Source of the DNA: Epithemia pelagica
Lineage: Eukaryota > Protista > Bacillariophyta
Length of the DNA stretch: 64,000 bases
NCBI GenBank assembly: GCA_946965045.2
Contig: OX337239.1
Location: 1,116,001 to 1,180,000 of the forward strand
Reading direction: 5' to 3'
Below, piece by piece: positions 11,701 through 23,548 of this stretch; position 1 is the stretch's first letter; the number at the start of each line of letters is the position of its first letter. The notes under the pieces are model-generated. The model ran no database searches, was not told the DNA's origin, and saw only the letters and a list, made by a program, of their open reading frames with translations. A program made the translations under genes and the position numbers.

Positions 11701-13165
11701 CGACGACGACTATGATCCCTTTGTCAGTACCACAAAACCCAAGAACAAAAAGAACCTTCCTCCTCTTATTGTTCCTGAACTTGCAGAATTGACCTTGTTC
11801 CATGGAACAAAGTTACATACCTTTGAAAAGTCACTGTTGGATCCAGCCGCACATATGCATTCTCTCAGTGAAACCAAGGTGACCCGACTCTTGGCGGGGA
11901 AAAACAACCCAGACAATACGAAATCCGTTGCAACTGCCCTCACTTTTTCGGCTGGCAGCAAGAAACGTACAAGTGTGACGAATCTTTGGCGCTTGTTCAA
12001 TGGTCAGCATTTAACTAGTATCTTTCCGTCCCCCCGTCGTTTGGATTTGTCAAATTACAATCCCACCCTGGCCTGGTCTGTCGGGTGTCAAATGGTGGCG
12101 CTCAATTCCCAAATGCCTGATACAGCCTTGGTATTGAATGATGGTCGTTTCCGAGAAAATGGTGCTTGTGGCTACGTTCTCAAACCTTCTCCCGTGGTTT
12201 TGCCCGGAACGACCACTACGGATACGGACAAGGACGTCGAAGACGACGACGATGGCATTTTGAATACAACCGACCGATCCAACTTTATCACCAAAATTGT
12301 CATGGGAGCACGAGGCGGTCCCAATGGTACCGCTTCACACAAAGACAAGAAATCCTCCGGAGTCAGAAACACCAACGACCACAACGAGGGAGTGGAAATC
12401 CAGCACAATGGATGCTTTGGTGGAGGTGAGGACGACGAAGAGGTTTCTGGTTTGCACAAGGTTTTGGAAGGATTGTCGTGTGGTCCCATATGTGGTGGTT
12501 CAGACACACCATCCACAGATGTGGAAGAAGCCCAACGGTCGGGTACCACCTTATCGTCCTTGTTGCTTTCACGTGACGGAGGAGGCGCTGGGTCTCGTTT
12601 GGTTGCTCATCGCATGAATAAATTCCAATCCAGCATGACCAATGTTCTTCATCCCATGCGCATTCGTGTCCGTATCTTGTCAGGATCGTGCTTGCCGAAA
12701 CCTCGATCCGCTCCTGCAACCGCCCAACTTAATCCCTATGTGACGGTGACTTTGCATGATGTCAAACAGGGACCCAACACCACAGATGTCAGCAAAGGCG
12801 AGTCCAAGAATAGTTCAAGCGATCGTTTGGTCTATGTCTCCGCCAGCTTCCAGTCCAAGGTGGTGCAACAAAACGGATATTGTCCCGTTTGGAAGAAACC
12901 TGGTCGCGAAATGAAGGAACTACATGTGCTGAGTCCACAAGTGGCCATGTTGCAATTTTCCGTCCTGCACAAAACATCACCATCATCATCACCATCATCC
13001 TCGGATACAAAGCACGACGAGCGGATTGCGGAAGCGGCCATTCCGTGCAATCGGTTGCGCATGGGATACCGTTGCATTCCCTTATACGACACTCATACCA
13101 ATACTCGAACGGGACGACATGGCTTTGCCACCCTCATGGTGGAACTGCAAATTATGAACTTGTAA
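8783..13165 (+). CDS. Phosphoinositide phospholipase C-like protein (PH-like, EF-like, X box, Y box, C2), 1460 aa, intronless; probably catalytically inactive
   Basis: X box PLSHYWINSSFNTH...ALQRGCKCLDLTVWDG...YPIILSLETHCS; Y box SNYNPTLAWSVGCQMVALN...RFRENGACGYVLKP; C2 RVRILSGSCLPKP...NPYVTVTLH...QNGYCPVW. Confidence 0.9.
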   Translation: MVLKQIRLQDHVTGQALGEQSLRVDSWNPQSKTASHVSKSSSSSSTNPTTTTHKEEEEELGSAAPTTVRLQDHSTGQDVAHVSRETTEVLPSETLVSLPPEETNEELEQDQKISNLVLATQALREATLRNSGKSRVQETENSTPATTTTTTTTTDKDEEKKDEEEKDKETDKELEDNHKNEDKQQPEEPAILGPPTTTDTKTVSPSTLIDTSDATTTIPAPHTTTNKTEDERDDDSVWDRDDDITTTTVPSYNQTALGRALADLSSSSATTTNNTNKTKSLLPTLLWNRQSASIPALKVTTRHGKLKPRYLSMTADRLALVVSHKQPPKSTNNNFASTTNQAAHTKWIDVADWVSWQVGVVGSQVLERARTVSRLSGHDDPVLDEGRRPQTLVTLWYHNTTPTTNDGSGPTTTTTSSGATSTTTLETLNVVIAKEEDRQSLLYTLQTLYQTYHGPDISSWVPDQALQLRRAWCRRVLYNPHSSSNHQQKKKNKNKKHLKKNHTSQPNDETTITAAEFAALVQEDLAWPVPQVYKEFQLFCQALDQRRQHVTSLDQSDAMIQKRHQGSSSSHLKASSSMTMTTSTTKTTTLNFAQTMALLQQLKRRSESLQLFQQHQSSSSTKPGTTTTTTGTVTPTLALPAWTNNGRTTSTKTTVANSIWNEVFGPQRQSVTVQEFGKEFLHKIQGMTHYSQGQVRELVQSLQVLEWHLYGKESRKAAQIMSEMPKQQQQQQQQEKQQDSTKTKKQGESLELTRNRFELYLMDATLNSAYNVVDSSQSSDLTHPLSHYWINSSFNTHQVGNGAIASVEMYLLALQRGCKCLDLTVWDGQVTTTTKSSTKSLYWPVVVDRVPSSNGGGILFVDVLKAIKAYIQHSNPQTYPIILSLETHCSAPFQMAMAKNLEDVLGQDNTLYIPPKDSQTSTTLPSPQELIGKVVVMGKRPYEANDEEMTTEDEPVGEDETKDDSFRSDKDSDDDDYDPFVSTTKPKNKKNLPPLIVPELAELTLFHGTKLHTFEKSLLDPAAHMHSLSETKVTRLLAGKNNPDNTKSVATALTFSAGSKKRTSVTNLWRLFNGQHLTSIFPSPRRLDLSNYNPTLAWSVGCQMVALNSQMPDTALVLNDGRFRENGACGYVLKPSPVVLPGTTTTDTDKDVEDDDDGILNTTDRSNFITKIVMGARGGPNGTASHKDKKSSGVRNTNDHNEGVEIQHNGCFGGGEDDEEVSGLHKVLEGLSCGPICGGSDTPSTDVEEAQRSGTTLSSLLLSRDGGGAGSRLVAHRMNKFQSSMTNVLHPMRIRVRILSGSCLPKPRSAPATAQLNPYVTVTLHDVKQGPNTTDVSKGESKNSSSDRLVYVSASFQSKVVQQNGYCPVWKKPGREMKELHVLSPQVAMLQFSVLHKTSPSSSPSSSDTKHDERIAEAAIPCNRLRMGYRCIPLYDTHTNTRTGRHGFATLMVELQIMNL

Positions 13166-13764
13166 GACTGAAATGATGCACACATCTATGTTCATTGAAC
13201 GGGGAAAAGGACCTACCATGAACGCGACCCACCAACCCTCTGATTGCCACCGCACAAGAGACAAAAAAAGAACATTTGTGTTTCATTTTTTACTGTAGAT
13301 GTAAATTGACAATTAGGAATTTGCGGAAGCGCACTGCACCAAATTTCGTCTGTGCTCTCTAGCAGCCTCATCCAGTCGGTGGTTAGCGACACCAACTGCT
13401 TTGCTATTTTCAACATTCTGCAGGAACCAATCCATTGTATTGCTACGAACGAGGGACTCGACAACGTGGCTTTGTCTAATACAGCGCCATCTTTGCCGGA
13501 AACTTCGATGATGTCTCACCCGGCGCAATCTTGGGTGCCTTGCGTTCTCAGTCCGGCCCGTCGTCGATCGGGATCGCGGTCGGTGGCACGAATCTGACTA
13601 GCACCGCACGACCGACGCGCGTTTGTCAATCCCATGACAACGATTGAAAATATTTTTGGAGGATGCATTTCCTCATTTCCTCCCCCACTTTTTCCAGACA
13701 GAACATGATTTATTAAGACATGGTGATTCGTTGGACGGCACAATCTCATAAACAAGATTGGAAC

Positions 13765-15406
13765 ATGAGGAATGAAAAAAAGGTCTTCTACTTGAATCTG
13801 GTTCTGGTTGTGGGTTTGTCTCTTGTGTCACTGGTATTCATCCCAAACTTTCACTCGGTCGTCCGTCGTGCCGAACAAGATGTTTCCCTGTCGTCCATCA
13901 TCACAACAACAGTGCCATCGATTTCAGTGAAAGCGGATGCAACAGAAGAAACAACGTTTGAAAGAGACCAAGATGAGAGGGAAGCTGAAGAACTACTACT
14001 CAATAGTCAATGCAAGCAAGTGGAGCATCTCTGTTATTCCACGGGACGATGGTGGTTCAAGTCCATCTCAAACCTGACGGCAGCAAGCCCACCAAACTTG
14101 GTCATTCAAATCCATAATGGAAAGGTAGCCTTCCCAAGGACAATTGAGATTGGCGGAGAAACTCCAGAATTGTCTGGAATGAACTGCCCCTACTCACCCA
14201 TTGCGAACCATGTGAGCGTGGCTGCCAAGTACAATCATATGCTTGGTGAATTCTACCGACGTGATCTTCTTGGTCTTGCTTCGATGCTTGAGAACTCAAC
14301 CCTTTTGTCAAATGCACAAGTGTACCTTCATTTGTGGAATCTGGATCGAAGCCTGTTAGATAGTCAACGTGCCTTTCTGGCCCCCTTTGTTCGACACCCT
14401 GTTTTGGAGTTTCGTGAACTTCTCCAGTCATCGGGGTGTTCCTGTCTGGAGCGACTCTACCTCTGTGGCTACAGGTTCAAGGATCCACCGCATCCACAAA
14501 ACGAAAAGAATGACACCCAAAGTGACATTTTTTTCCAAAACAAGACAATCGTCACAATCGGTGGGGCCATTAAACTCAGCCAAGCCCAAGTCAGTGCTGC
14601 GGTTCCACAACTGTATCACCGCTTGCAGTCCAAAGTGATCCAGCAGAATCCATTTATAAAACACGACATAACAGCCTTCCGACAAAAAGTTTTGCAGAGT
14701 AGGGGCATCCAATCAAACTTGGATGATTGGAAACTTGTGGGGCTAACGGTAAGTCTCTTGAGTCACCTCTCGAGTGTAGTCTTCAGCAACCTGTTGTTTG
14801 TCTGACAAACACTTCTTATTTTACTTAATAAAGCAACGGACTGGACGACGGAGATGGATTAATTTGGATGCTTCTTTGGAGGAATGTAACAAGAAGTTCA
14901 AAGGTGATCAGATCGTTTGCGTGGAAGTAAATGTTGAAAACGAGGAATTCCATCCCACTCATCACCCTGTGGTTCATGCAAGTTTGGATGGATTGATTGG
15001 TATCCATGGAGCCCAACTCACCGATGCCATTTGGATGAAACCCGGGTCACTCGTGGTAGAAATTCTACCCTTTGTCCCGAATGGCGCCAGGATGGGCACA
15101 TGGACACGAAAAGTCACGGGTCCAACTCCCTTGGGCGTTATTTATTCCGGGACCGACTTGTACCATGTGGGGTTACCCCTGACATTTAGCAGTGTCCCGC
15201 AGTGCACCGATACCAACGGAACTGGGGCACTGAAATGTATCAAAAACAATCCATGGGACAGCCGGGACTTTCTGGTGGAAGAAACATTGGTGGTGGATGT
15301 CATTGCGGGCTTTATCAACAAAGAAAGCTTCCGACCACGATCCTGCACCGAGCAACGAGCTCGTGGGGAAAAGCATCTTGTTTCGTACAACGTCCAATGC
15401 CAATAG
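13765..15406 (+). CDS. Type II membrane glycosyltransferase, GT61/DUF563-like, 2 exons
   Basis: N-terminal TM (VFYLNLVLVVGLSLVSLVFI). Intron 14749-14833 gives LT|QRTGRRRW. GT61 motif GIHGAQLTDAIWMKPGSLVVEILP. Confidence 0.75.
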
Positions 15407-16190
15407 GACAACAACCGCAGCAACATGACCATTGAGCACTTCTACTGGACAAGGGGGCTCAACGAGACGCCGCCCTACAACCTTACTTTTATGGTTTGAG
15501 ATAAAAAGGTAACCACTAGATACTTATTCTTAGAGGAATGTTCGGTAACACGACACTTTAAATTGTAGATTCGAATTACAATTTGTAATGAATTCTCGCC
15601 ATTCATTTCCGTGTCCTTGTTTTATCCTTGAGCAAGAGAAAGAAGAAATGAGATCCTTGCCTCGTCTGGATTGCCTGGAGTCTACCATGCGGTTCATGCT
15701 GTGACAGGAAATCGAGGATAACTTGTGTGGGTGTTTGTGGCACATCTCTGGTGGCGTCCCCAAACCCCTCCTAATTCGCCGCGAGAACCGGGTGGTCGGG
15801 AGATTGACCTGTTGGTTTGTTGGTGCAAATCCATGCGAGGGGGGATGAAATCCGACATTGTTCGTTGTCTGTTCGTCTTTCTGTTACTGCCAGCTACCTA
15901 TCTGTTGATAAAAAAATATGACCACACGCACTGTTACGTTGTTTGGTTTGAGCAAGCAAGTCACAAACTTAACGTCGTATTCTGCACACGTAACAAAGGT
16001 GGATACATCCAACCCTCTGGAATTGGCATTGGTACGAGAATCAGGTGAACAATGACAAGAAAGAAGGAAGGAACCAACTTGATGTGTCCCATACAAAATT
16101 CTTTGTCTTTCGTGCAAAGTGAACGGTTCATGGTACTCCTAACAAAAATGAAGAGAAAACTATCCTCATCACCCAACACATCCAGTGTCG

Positions 16191-19100
16191 TTACGAACCT
16201 GCTCCTTCCGCTCCCGTTGACGCTGAAGGTAGCGAGGTGACCAAGCCTACTCCCCGCACATGCCCGTCTCGAAACATGAGCCGCATTCCAGGTCGAACAT
16301 ACTCTGGACGTTGCAGAAACTCGAAGCGCACCTTGGCACGACTGCCCGGTTCTAACCACAAGACAGGGTTATCCTCCTCTTTCGTATCGGCGTCGTCTCC
16401 AGTGATGTCGTCGTCGTCAGGTCGTAGGGTCATTGGCTCACTGTTTCCATTGATTGTATTCTTGATGCTACTCGTTGGACGATGATCGACCAATTCAATA
16501 TTGCGCACAACGGCCATTTGACGCACATTCAGAACATGTACATAGGTCTCTCGCAACTTTGTTGGCTTGGCACTGGATAGTATCTTTTTGTTGTCCTCTT
16601 CTCCACCTCGGTTACGAGCATTCTGATTTGTGTTCTTATTATTGTGTGAATTCAATGTGGACAACACACAAATTTCGGCGTCAAATTGTCGAGTGGCCGA
16701 CAAGGGTCCTGGAGGATCTTTTAGTACAACCATCCCACGTCGTAATTGCCACCATTGAGAAGGATCCAAGTCGAGGGCCAACGTGGCTGATTGGCCTGCT
16801 GTAATGTGTGTTGTATTGATCCGCGCAAGGTGGGCCGACAACGCCCGTGTCTCCAAGAAGGAACCATCTTGCATGGGTCCAATGTGAACATGGGTACCAT
16901 TGCTACTACTGCTACTCGACGAGGCGTGCCCCCCTCGAGGCCGTGACCGCGCCATGATGGAAGCGGAAGGTGCACCGGACCGTCCACCAGCTCGGCCCCC
17001 CGACACAACATTCAACTCACCGGCATTGACAAAACCCGAAACCACACAACCGACATTGGGTACATCAAACACTTCATCGACCAAAAATTCAAACTTTCTT
17101 CGTGTTTTGGATGCATGTCGGCGACGCTTGGGTAGCGAAAAAAACAGTTTTTGCAATAGTTCAATGCCTTCTCCCGTCACACACGATATATGTATCATGG
17201 GAGCCGTTCCCCCCGCCGCGACCTTGTCCACCACACGAGCCACATCTTGTGCCGTTTTAATGACAAGCGGGCGTTTCGCAACATCTGGCGATCGCAACAT
17301 TTGTGTGATTTCTTGTTCACAGGCTTGCAATGCATGTTTCGGGCAACCATCCATTTTGGTGAAGACCATGATGATTGGGATACTAAAGCTAGAACACAAA
17401 TTCAAGTGATGCCTCGTCATGTGGGTTGGCGGCTGTCGACTGTTGACCAAGACTAGCGCATAATCGGCAAAGCCTGAAGAAACTCCATGAATCCTGAGAC
17501 ACACAATCCAAATACAGCACATGAGGGAATGATATGGACACTGGTCGTCTGATTGTCGGGAAAGGTGTGTTGTTGATCCAAACAATTAGAACCAACAACT
17601 ATAGACCTGTCCCCTCAAGACAAAAAGAAACACAACTCAAAGAATCATCATCTCATTTTCGGTTGAGGCACGTACGTGGTTTTGAGAAATTTTTCATGGC
17701 CCGCTAAGTCCATGAGTGTCACAACGCAATGACTCTCCTTGGCGATTTCATCGGGTCCCTTGATCTTATTGGATCGTACCGAATCTCGTCCCACAATGGG
17801 TTTCCCATTGGAATGGAACCCCATTAAATGAGTCGTTGCCGTCGATGTTCGTCCCGTTTCGATTTCATGTCGATGTCTCATGACAAAAGTCCTGGTCTTT
17901 CCTCGTCCGTCGTCTAAACACGATGTTGTCAAAGTCTGTATTCATACGAAACAAGAAGAAGACCCGGTCTCACATGAGAAAGAAAGGAACACGCAGATAA
18001 AAAGGTTGGTAACAGACACACAATACGTACTCCAATCAGGGTACTTTTTCCAGCATCGACGTTACCCATGACGGCAATGCGTACATTTCGAAAGGATAGG
18101 GTTTCACCAATCGAATGCGTCGTTTGCGTTTTGTTTGCTTCTGAAGATGGAGTACGTGCCAAGAGAGTTTGTTTCGATGACGACAAGTCTTTTTGTATGG
18201 AAGTGTTGTCGTCCAACGTTGGCGACTGTGTACTATTCGGGGTTGGTCGCATCCTTGTCTTTGTAGTTGTCTCCATGGTCCTTTGTTCCATGTGGCTGTT
18301 GGGTAGAGCCTCGCCATGCTCTAATTTCTCCTGATGGGAGTGGTCCGTTGATTGATCCATGCCGTTGCTGTAAACACCACAAGTGTCAAGAGTGTGATTT
18401 GCAGTCGTTTCATTGCGCTTTCCGTTTCGTTGGTCTGGTTGCGGTTCCTCTTGTAGTGGTTGGTCTTGGACAAAATAACACATGGCATGACCATTGTTGT
18501 TGGTTGTTGTCGTCGTTGTTGTTGGAAATACCAAGGTGATACCAATCGGTGGCAAGGCATGGGTTTCAATTCGTTGGATCCGTACAAGAGCACGAGTAAT
18601 GTACTTTCCCGGTTGTCGTCGTTCCTCAAGAATGGTGGGAGAGTGATAAGTAGAAAGAACAGCCAAGTCATTGTTGTCCTTGCTGCCCCATATACTCGGT
18701 TCATCAAATACAAAGGGTTGCCCCTTGGAACAAAATTCATAGGAAATTGTCATCTTCTCCATTGATTGGTTGTTTTCATCATTTCCCTCCTCGTCGTCCT
18801 CAAACACTTCTTGAGTTTCCTCTACAAAGCTGTCGTCATTTGAGCCAAATTTGTTCTCTTCCATGAGTTCTGTCCCACTGGTGCTTGTCTCGTTCGTGGT
18901 TTCCGTGTTGTTTATTAATTCTTCCCCGGATTTGGCGTGTCGTATTCTAGGTTGTGTTGGTTGTTGTCGAGTGGTGGTGCTGGTCGGTTGATCCTCCTTG
19001 TCCCTTGTCTTTGTGTCGACGACCCGCACTGATACAATTTCATCTTGAATCATGGTCCGTTGTACCACAACGGCATTGAGATAGTGACGAGCCAAGTATT

Positions 19101-19729
19101 CCAAAACCTGACACGAATGAGCCATGGTGGAATAATCCAACAGGGAATGACACCCATTGTCTTCGACACCCAGACAGTAGGTGGCACCAGCACCATCCTC
19201 GGCTTGATCCAATCGAAAGGATAATTGTGTGGCCAACGAACGCAATCGAGTTTCACTCAACGGATTGAGCTGCCGCTTGTATTCGACTGGACCTGTCTGT
19301 GTTGCGTGTCATAATCATGCATTTGTGTGCATGGATCCACAGTAGTTGTGGAGATGGCGAATGGAACAGAAAATGTAAATCAAAGGATTTTTCGAAAATC
19401 GCAAGCAATTCGAGAACAATGCAAGATTGCAAAAGATATAGTGAGACGACACATTATTCGTTTGGAAAGAACACAACTCTGTGCTTCCGACTTTGTTGCA
19501 TCCACAAACGGTCCATGATATTGTAGTCTTGGAGTTGTCCAATCAAATGGGGTTATTGTCATCGTACCTCTTGCTCTGGTTCACAGACCGGTAAGGGAAA
19601 CCAATGAGACCAATTGGCCTTTTTCTTCTTTGTTGCTGCCTTGGAGTTTGCAACTAACGGCAGAGAGTTGGCATTGTCGTCGTCGTCATCGTGTCCCAGA
19701 GAAGAAGAAGAAGAAGAATGGTTCATCAT
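16191..19729 (-). CDS. GTPBP2: GTPBP1/GTPBP2-family translational GTPase, 4 exons
   Basis: Exons 19729-19568, 19296-18031, 17935-17676, 17493-16191. PEQE|TGPVEYK, RLRSLATQLSFRL...GVEDNG, P-loop GNVDAGKSTLIG, RHRHEIETGRTS, DLAGHEKFLKTT, TKMD, ISCVTGEG, C-terminal RFEFLQRPEYVRPGMRLMFRDG. Confidence 0.88.
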
Positions 19730-20612
19730 TCTATGGCGTTGTGGAATCTGCTCTTGTTTGGTTGAGCAATTCAAAAACAGACCAATCCAATCCAACACAA
19801 CTCTCGACGCGGCCACCAGAAATCCCAAACTTCTCCCCTTGTTCCAAACAAAGCGTGCACGTTTCGATCTTCCTTTCTTGCAGTGGTCAGACTCTTTGGT
19901 CCCACTCTCTTTGGCGCTTCGTCCCCCACACAACCCTCGACTCACTGGCTTGTCTTGTCGTCGCTTCGTGGCTAGTCACACACGGGTTTGTTGTTGTTGT
20001 TGTTGTCCTCCACAAGAAACGGAATGGAACCATTACCGAAAGAAAGACATGTTTGTTGTGTTCGTCTCGCACCGCATCGAACATGAAGATGGAGCGTGGA
20101 CAGGTTCTATTCCCCATCGCGTAATTCAAAAGGTATAGGGAATAGGGAGTACTTCATCTGTACACGTATATAAGGATCCATTTTATCGATCTATCAGCGA
20201 CTATCTAGCTTTCGGGAGTAAAAAGATGACTGTGTCTTTCGTGCGGGGATTCCTGGTTTGGCATATTAAAAGCGACTTAAAAACGACCGAATATCGTCTG
20301 CCCGACCATCCGTAGAGAACATCTTGCCAACAGGTGGCGCGACGACACCACACTGGGATTTTTTTCTCGCCACCACAAAAAAAAGCGAACGAATCCAAAA
20401 ACAGAGGGCGCACATCACAAATTGGTTCATCATTCCAAGAGAACAAGAGACGAATAGATTCCTTCCATTGCCATCCACGAGAGACTACAGCAAACAACAA
20501 AAGAAGAAAAGGCACCATCACGATAACCACAGATCCATCAGGAAAGAGAAAGACGCTGGGAGAGCTGTAGTCTGCGAGAGCACACCAACATTCAGAGAAA
20601 GATCCAACCCCC

Positions 20613-23279
20613 ATGATGTATCACAATCGAGTGTGGAGTGTTGCCGTCGTGGCCAAATGGTTGGCCTTGTTCGTATCGCTTTCTGGTGAAGATTGCCATG
20701 CTTGGATACCGGCCTCGTCGTCCTCGTTTGGTACACCCAAACGGATCCAAACCACTACTCCTACAAATCCACCTTCTCCAGATTCCCCGAAATGGTCCTT
20801 GTCATCCCTTTCATCGTCATCCTCCTCATCTTCCGAGTCATTTTCTTCCACCACAGCCAGCAGCAACCCATCCGATCCGACAAAGAAGAATGCTGTCACT
20901 CCAAGCAGCAAGGATTGGGTCTCGCAAACCTTTGCAACCAACGACCAGGATGACGATACGACGCCCCTGTCTCTTTCCAGCAACGACAAGGCAGTGGTGG
21001 GCCCCCATCAAGTATTGATTTACGACACAACCTTGAGAGGTAGGTACCCTACAGTGTACACGAAAAATTTGCAGAGCGGTGGTGGTTTTTGTGGGAAGAA
21101 CGGCGCACTACATACTCGAGATGACAACAGGGAGGATGTGTGTGATTGTGTCTGTCGCAGCGCCAAGAGTGCGCTTTCAACCAGTGAATGAGTTTTTGTG
21201 TTGCTCTCTGTATAGAAGATTCTCTCATAATCATTGGATGGCTCTTGGTTTTGTGATGTTCTGTTTGGAAAACATTTGTCGCTTGTTGCATCTCTCTCTT
21301 TTTTTCTCGACTCTGTTTGGCGAATCTTTGACACAAACACACAAAAAATAGACGGCACACAGGGTGAATCGGTTTCAGCCTCGGTCGAAGACAAGATCAA
21401 AATTTGTCATTGGTTGGCGGCCTTTGGTGTAGATTTCATAGAAGCTGGTTGGCCGGGCAGCAATCCCAAGGATCAAGCCTTGTTTGAACGACTCCAAAAA
21501 TCCAGTACCTCACCGGCGATTCGTTCCAAATTAACCGCCTTTGGAAGTACTCGACGCAAACGCATGGCCGTCCAAGACGATGGTCAAGTCCAGGCCTTGC
21601 TGGATTGTGGGGCACCGAACATTTGCATTGTTGCCAAAGCACATGCCTGGCAAGTGACGGATATATTGCAAACCACATTGGAGGAAAATTTACAAATGAT
21701 TCACGATACCGTCTCGTACCTCGTTCAAGCACCCTATCATGACGATGATGATGCTACGGCTGATCGCACGAGTCGTACCGTCTTGGTCGATTTGGAACAT
21801 TATTTTGATGGTCACTCTTCCAACCCGGACTATGCCTGGCAGTGTTGTTATACGGCTGCCAAGGCGGGCGCCTCATGTTTGGTCTTGTGCGATACCAATG
21901 GTGGTACCATGCCCTGGCAGATGGAAGCAGCCGTCCAAGACTTGAGGAATCGTCTGGACCAACACCCCGAATTACCTCCCGTGACACTGGGTATTCATTG
22001 CCACAACGATGTGGGCATGGCTGTGGCGAATTCCATGGTGGCCATTCAAGCCGGAGTTGGATTGGTACAGGGCACCATTAATGGTATTGGCGAACGCACT
22101 GGCAATGCCGATTTGTGTACCATTGTACCCAATTTGGCCTTGAAAGTGAACAGTCAATTGAATTGTCGGACGCAATTGTCAACTCTGACAAAATTGTCGC
22201 GCTTTGTCGACGAAACCTTGAACAAGACACCCAACGCGGCAGCCCCCTATGTGGGTGCCTCGGCCTTTGCCCACAAGGGTGGCTTGCATGTCGCAGCCTT
22301 GAAAAAATCTCCCGACAGTTACCAGCATGCCAATCCCGATGAAGTGGGCAATGCTAGTCGAGTGTTAATTTCCGAACTGTCTGGACGACAAAACATTTTG
22401 GGCAAGGTTCAGGCCTGGATGGACAAGGGACTGGGAAGTGGGAGCAGCAACAGCAACAACAATGACAATGATACTTCGAACCTGACGGACCAAGAACCAG
22501 AACAACAGGACACGGCATTGATGGCGAATCATCGGGCCACGGCCATTTTGAATCGTGTCAAACAATTGGAAGCCAAGGGCTATACCTTTGAAGGAGCCGA
22601 GGCAAGTGTTGATTTGATGATTTTGCATGCCAGTCAAGATTATTGTCCGCCCTTTCAAGTCCTGGATTATTCCGCCCAAGTCTTTGATTCCCGATTGGAC
22701 AGTGCCAGTCGATTTTTGCAGGATGACGACGACGAAGAATGTTGTTCGACCAGCATGGGATTGGGTCCCACGGCGCGCGCCACGGTCAAGGTCCGAACCA
22801 TTGAAACCCGACACTTTGTACATGATCACGACGACATGGAAGAGGAGGATGACGGTGGACGGCTCTTTGAATGCTCCGACGACAAGCACGACGATGATGA
22901 TATTGACGAGACGTCGGTCATTCACGAACGATTGGAGGTCGCCGATGGCAATGGTCCGGTTGATGCCTTGGCCCAAGCCTTGATGCGCGCCTTGCAACCA
23001 GTCCATCCCAGTTTGGTCCATGTGGAATTGATGGATTACAAGGTTCGAATTTTGGATCCGGAATCCGCCACGGGTGCTGCCGCACGCGTCTTGATTGAAT
23101 TTCGCAATGTGGCTAACAAAACCACCTGGACGACCGTCTCGGTGGATACCAATGTGATTTCCGCCTCTGTCAATGCCTTGATTGACGGACTGGAATATGC
23201 ATTGCTCGACTATGCCCACGACAATTGCCTCTTGTTGCCACAAGAACCGACACGAGGAGACACGACTGTGGCGCCATGA
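20613..23279 (+). CDS. cimA: Citramalate synthase (CimA-type, LeuA/DRE-TIM family) with bipartite plastid presequence, 2 exons
   Basis: Intron 21040-21351 restores DTTLR|DGTQGE. Also EAGWPGSNPKD, FGSTRR, DLEHYFDG, LCDTNGG, HCHND, GERTGNA, AFAHKGGLH, GYTFEGAEAS and the regulatory domain GNGPVDAL...DYKVRIL. Signal cleavage motif CHA-WIP. Confidence 0.88.
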
Positions 23280-23548
23280 GGAAACGACCAACGAGTCTGA
23301 AGAGTGATTGGTAATTGTGAAGCTACCCAACTACAACCAAACTGGTTGGGAAGAAAGGGGGAAATTATGCTTTTAAATATATGATCAGTCTATATAGTGT
23401 TACATTCCGGATTGCTCCTAAGCAAAGAAACGTATGCGTTTCTAAGTGTCGGGAAATGAGTGTGCTCATTGTGTGGTTACTCTATCGTGTCCACAAATGA
23501 GAACGTTCGTTACAGTGTCTCATGCGTCATAGTAAGTGAAGGCGGATG

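Noticed and set aside
15600-15860. GC-rich intergenic stretch that might be a structured RNA
   Set aside because: No tRNA, snRNA, SRP or RNase P/MRP consensus could be recognised by eye.
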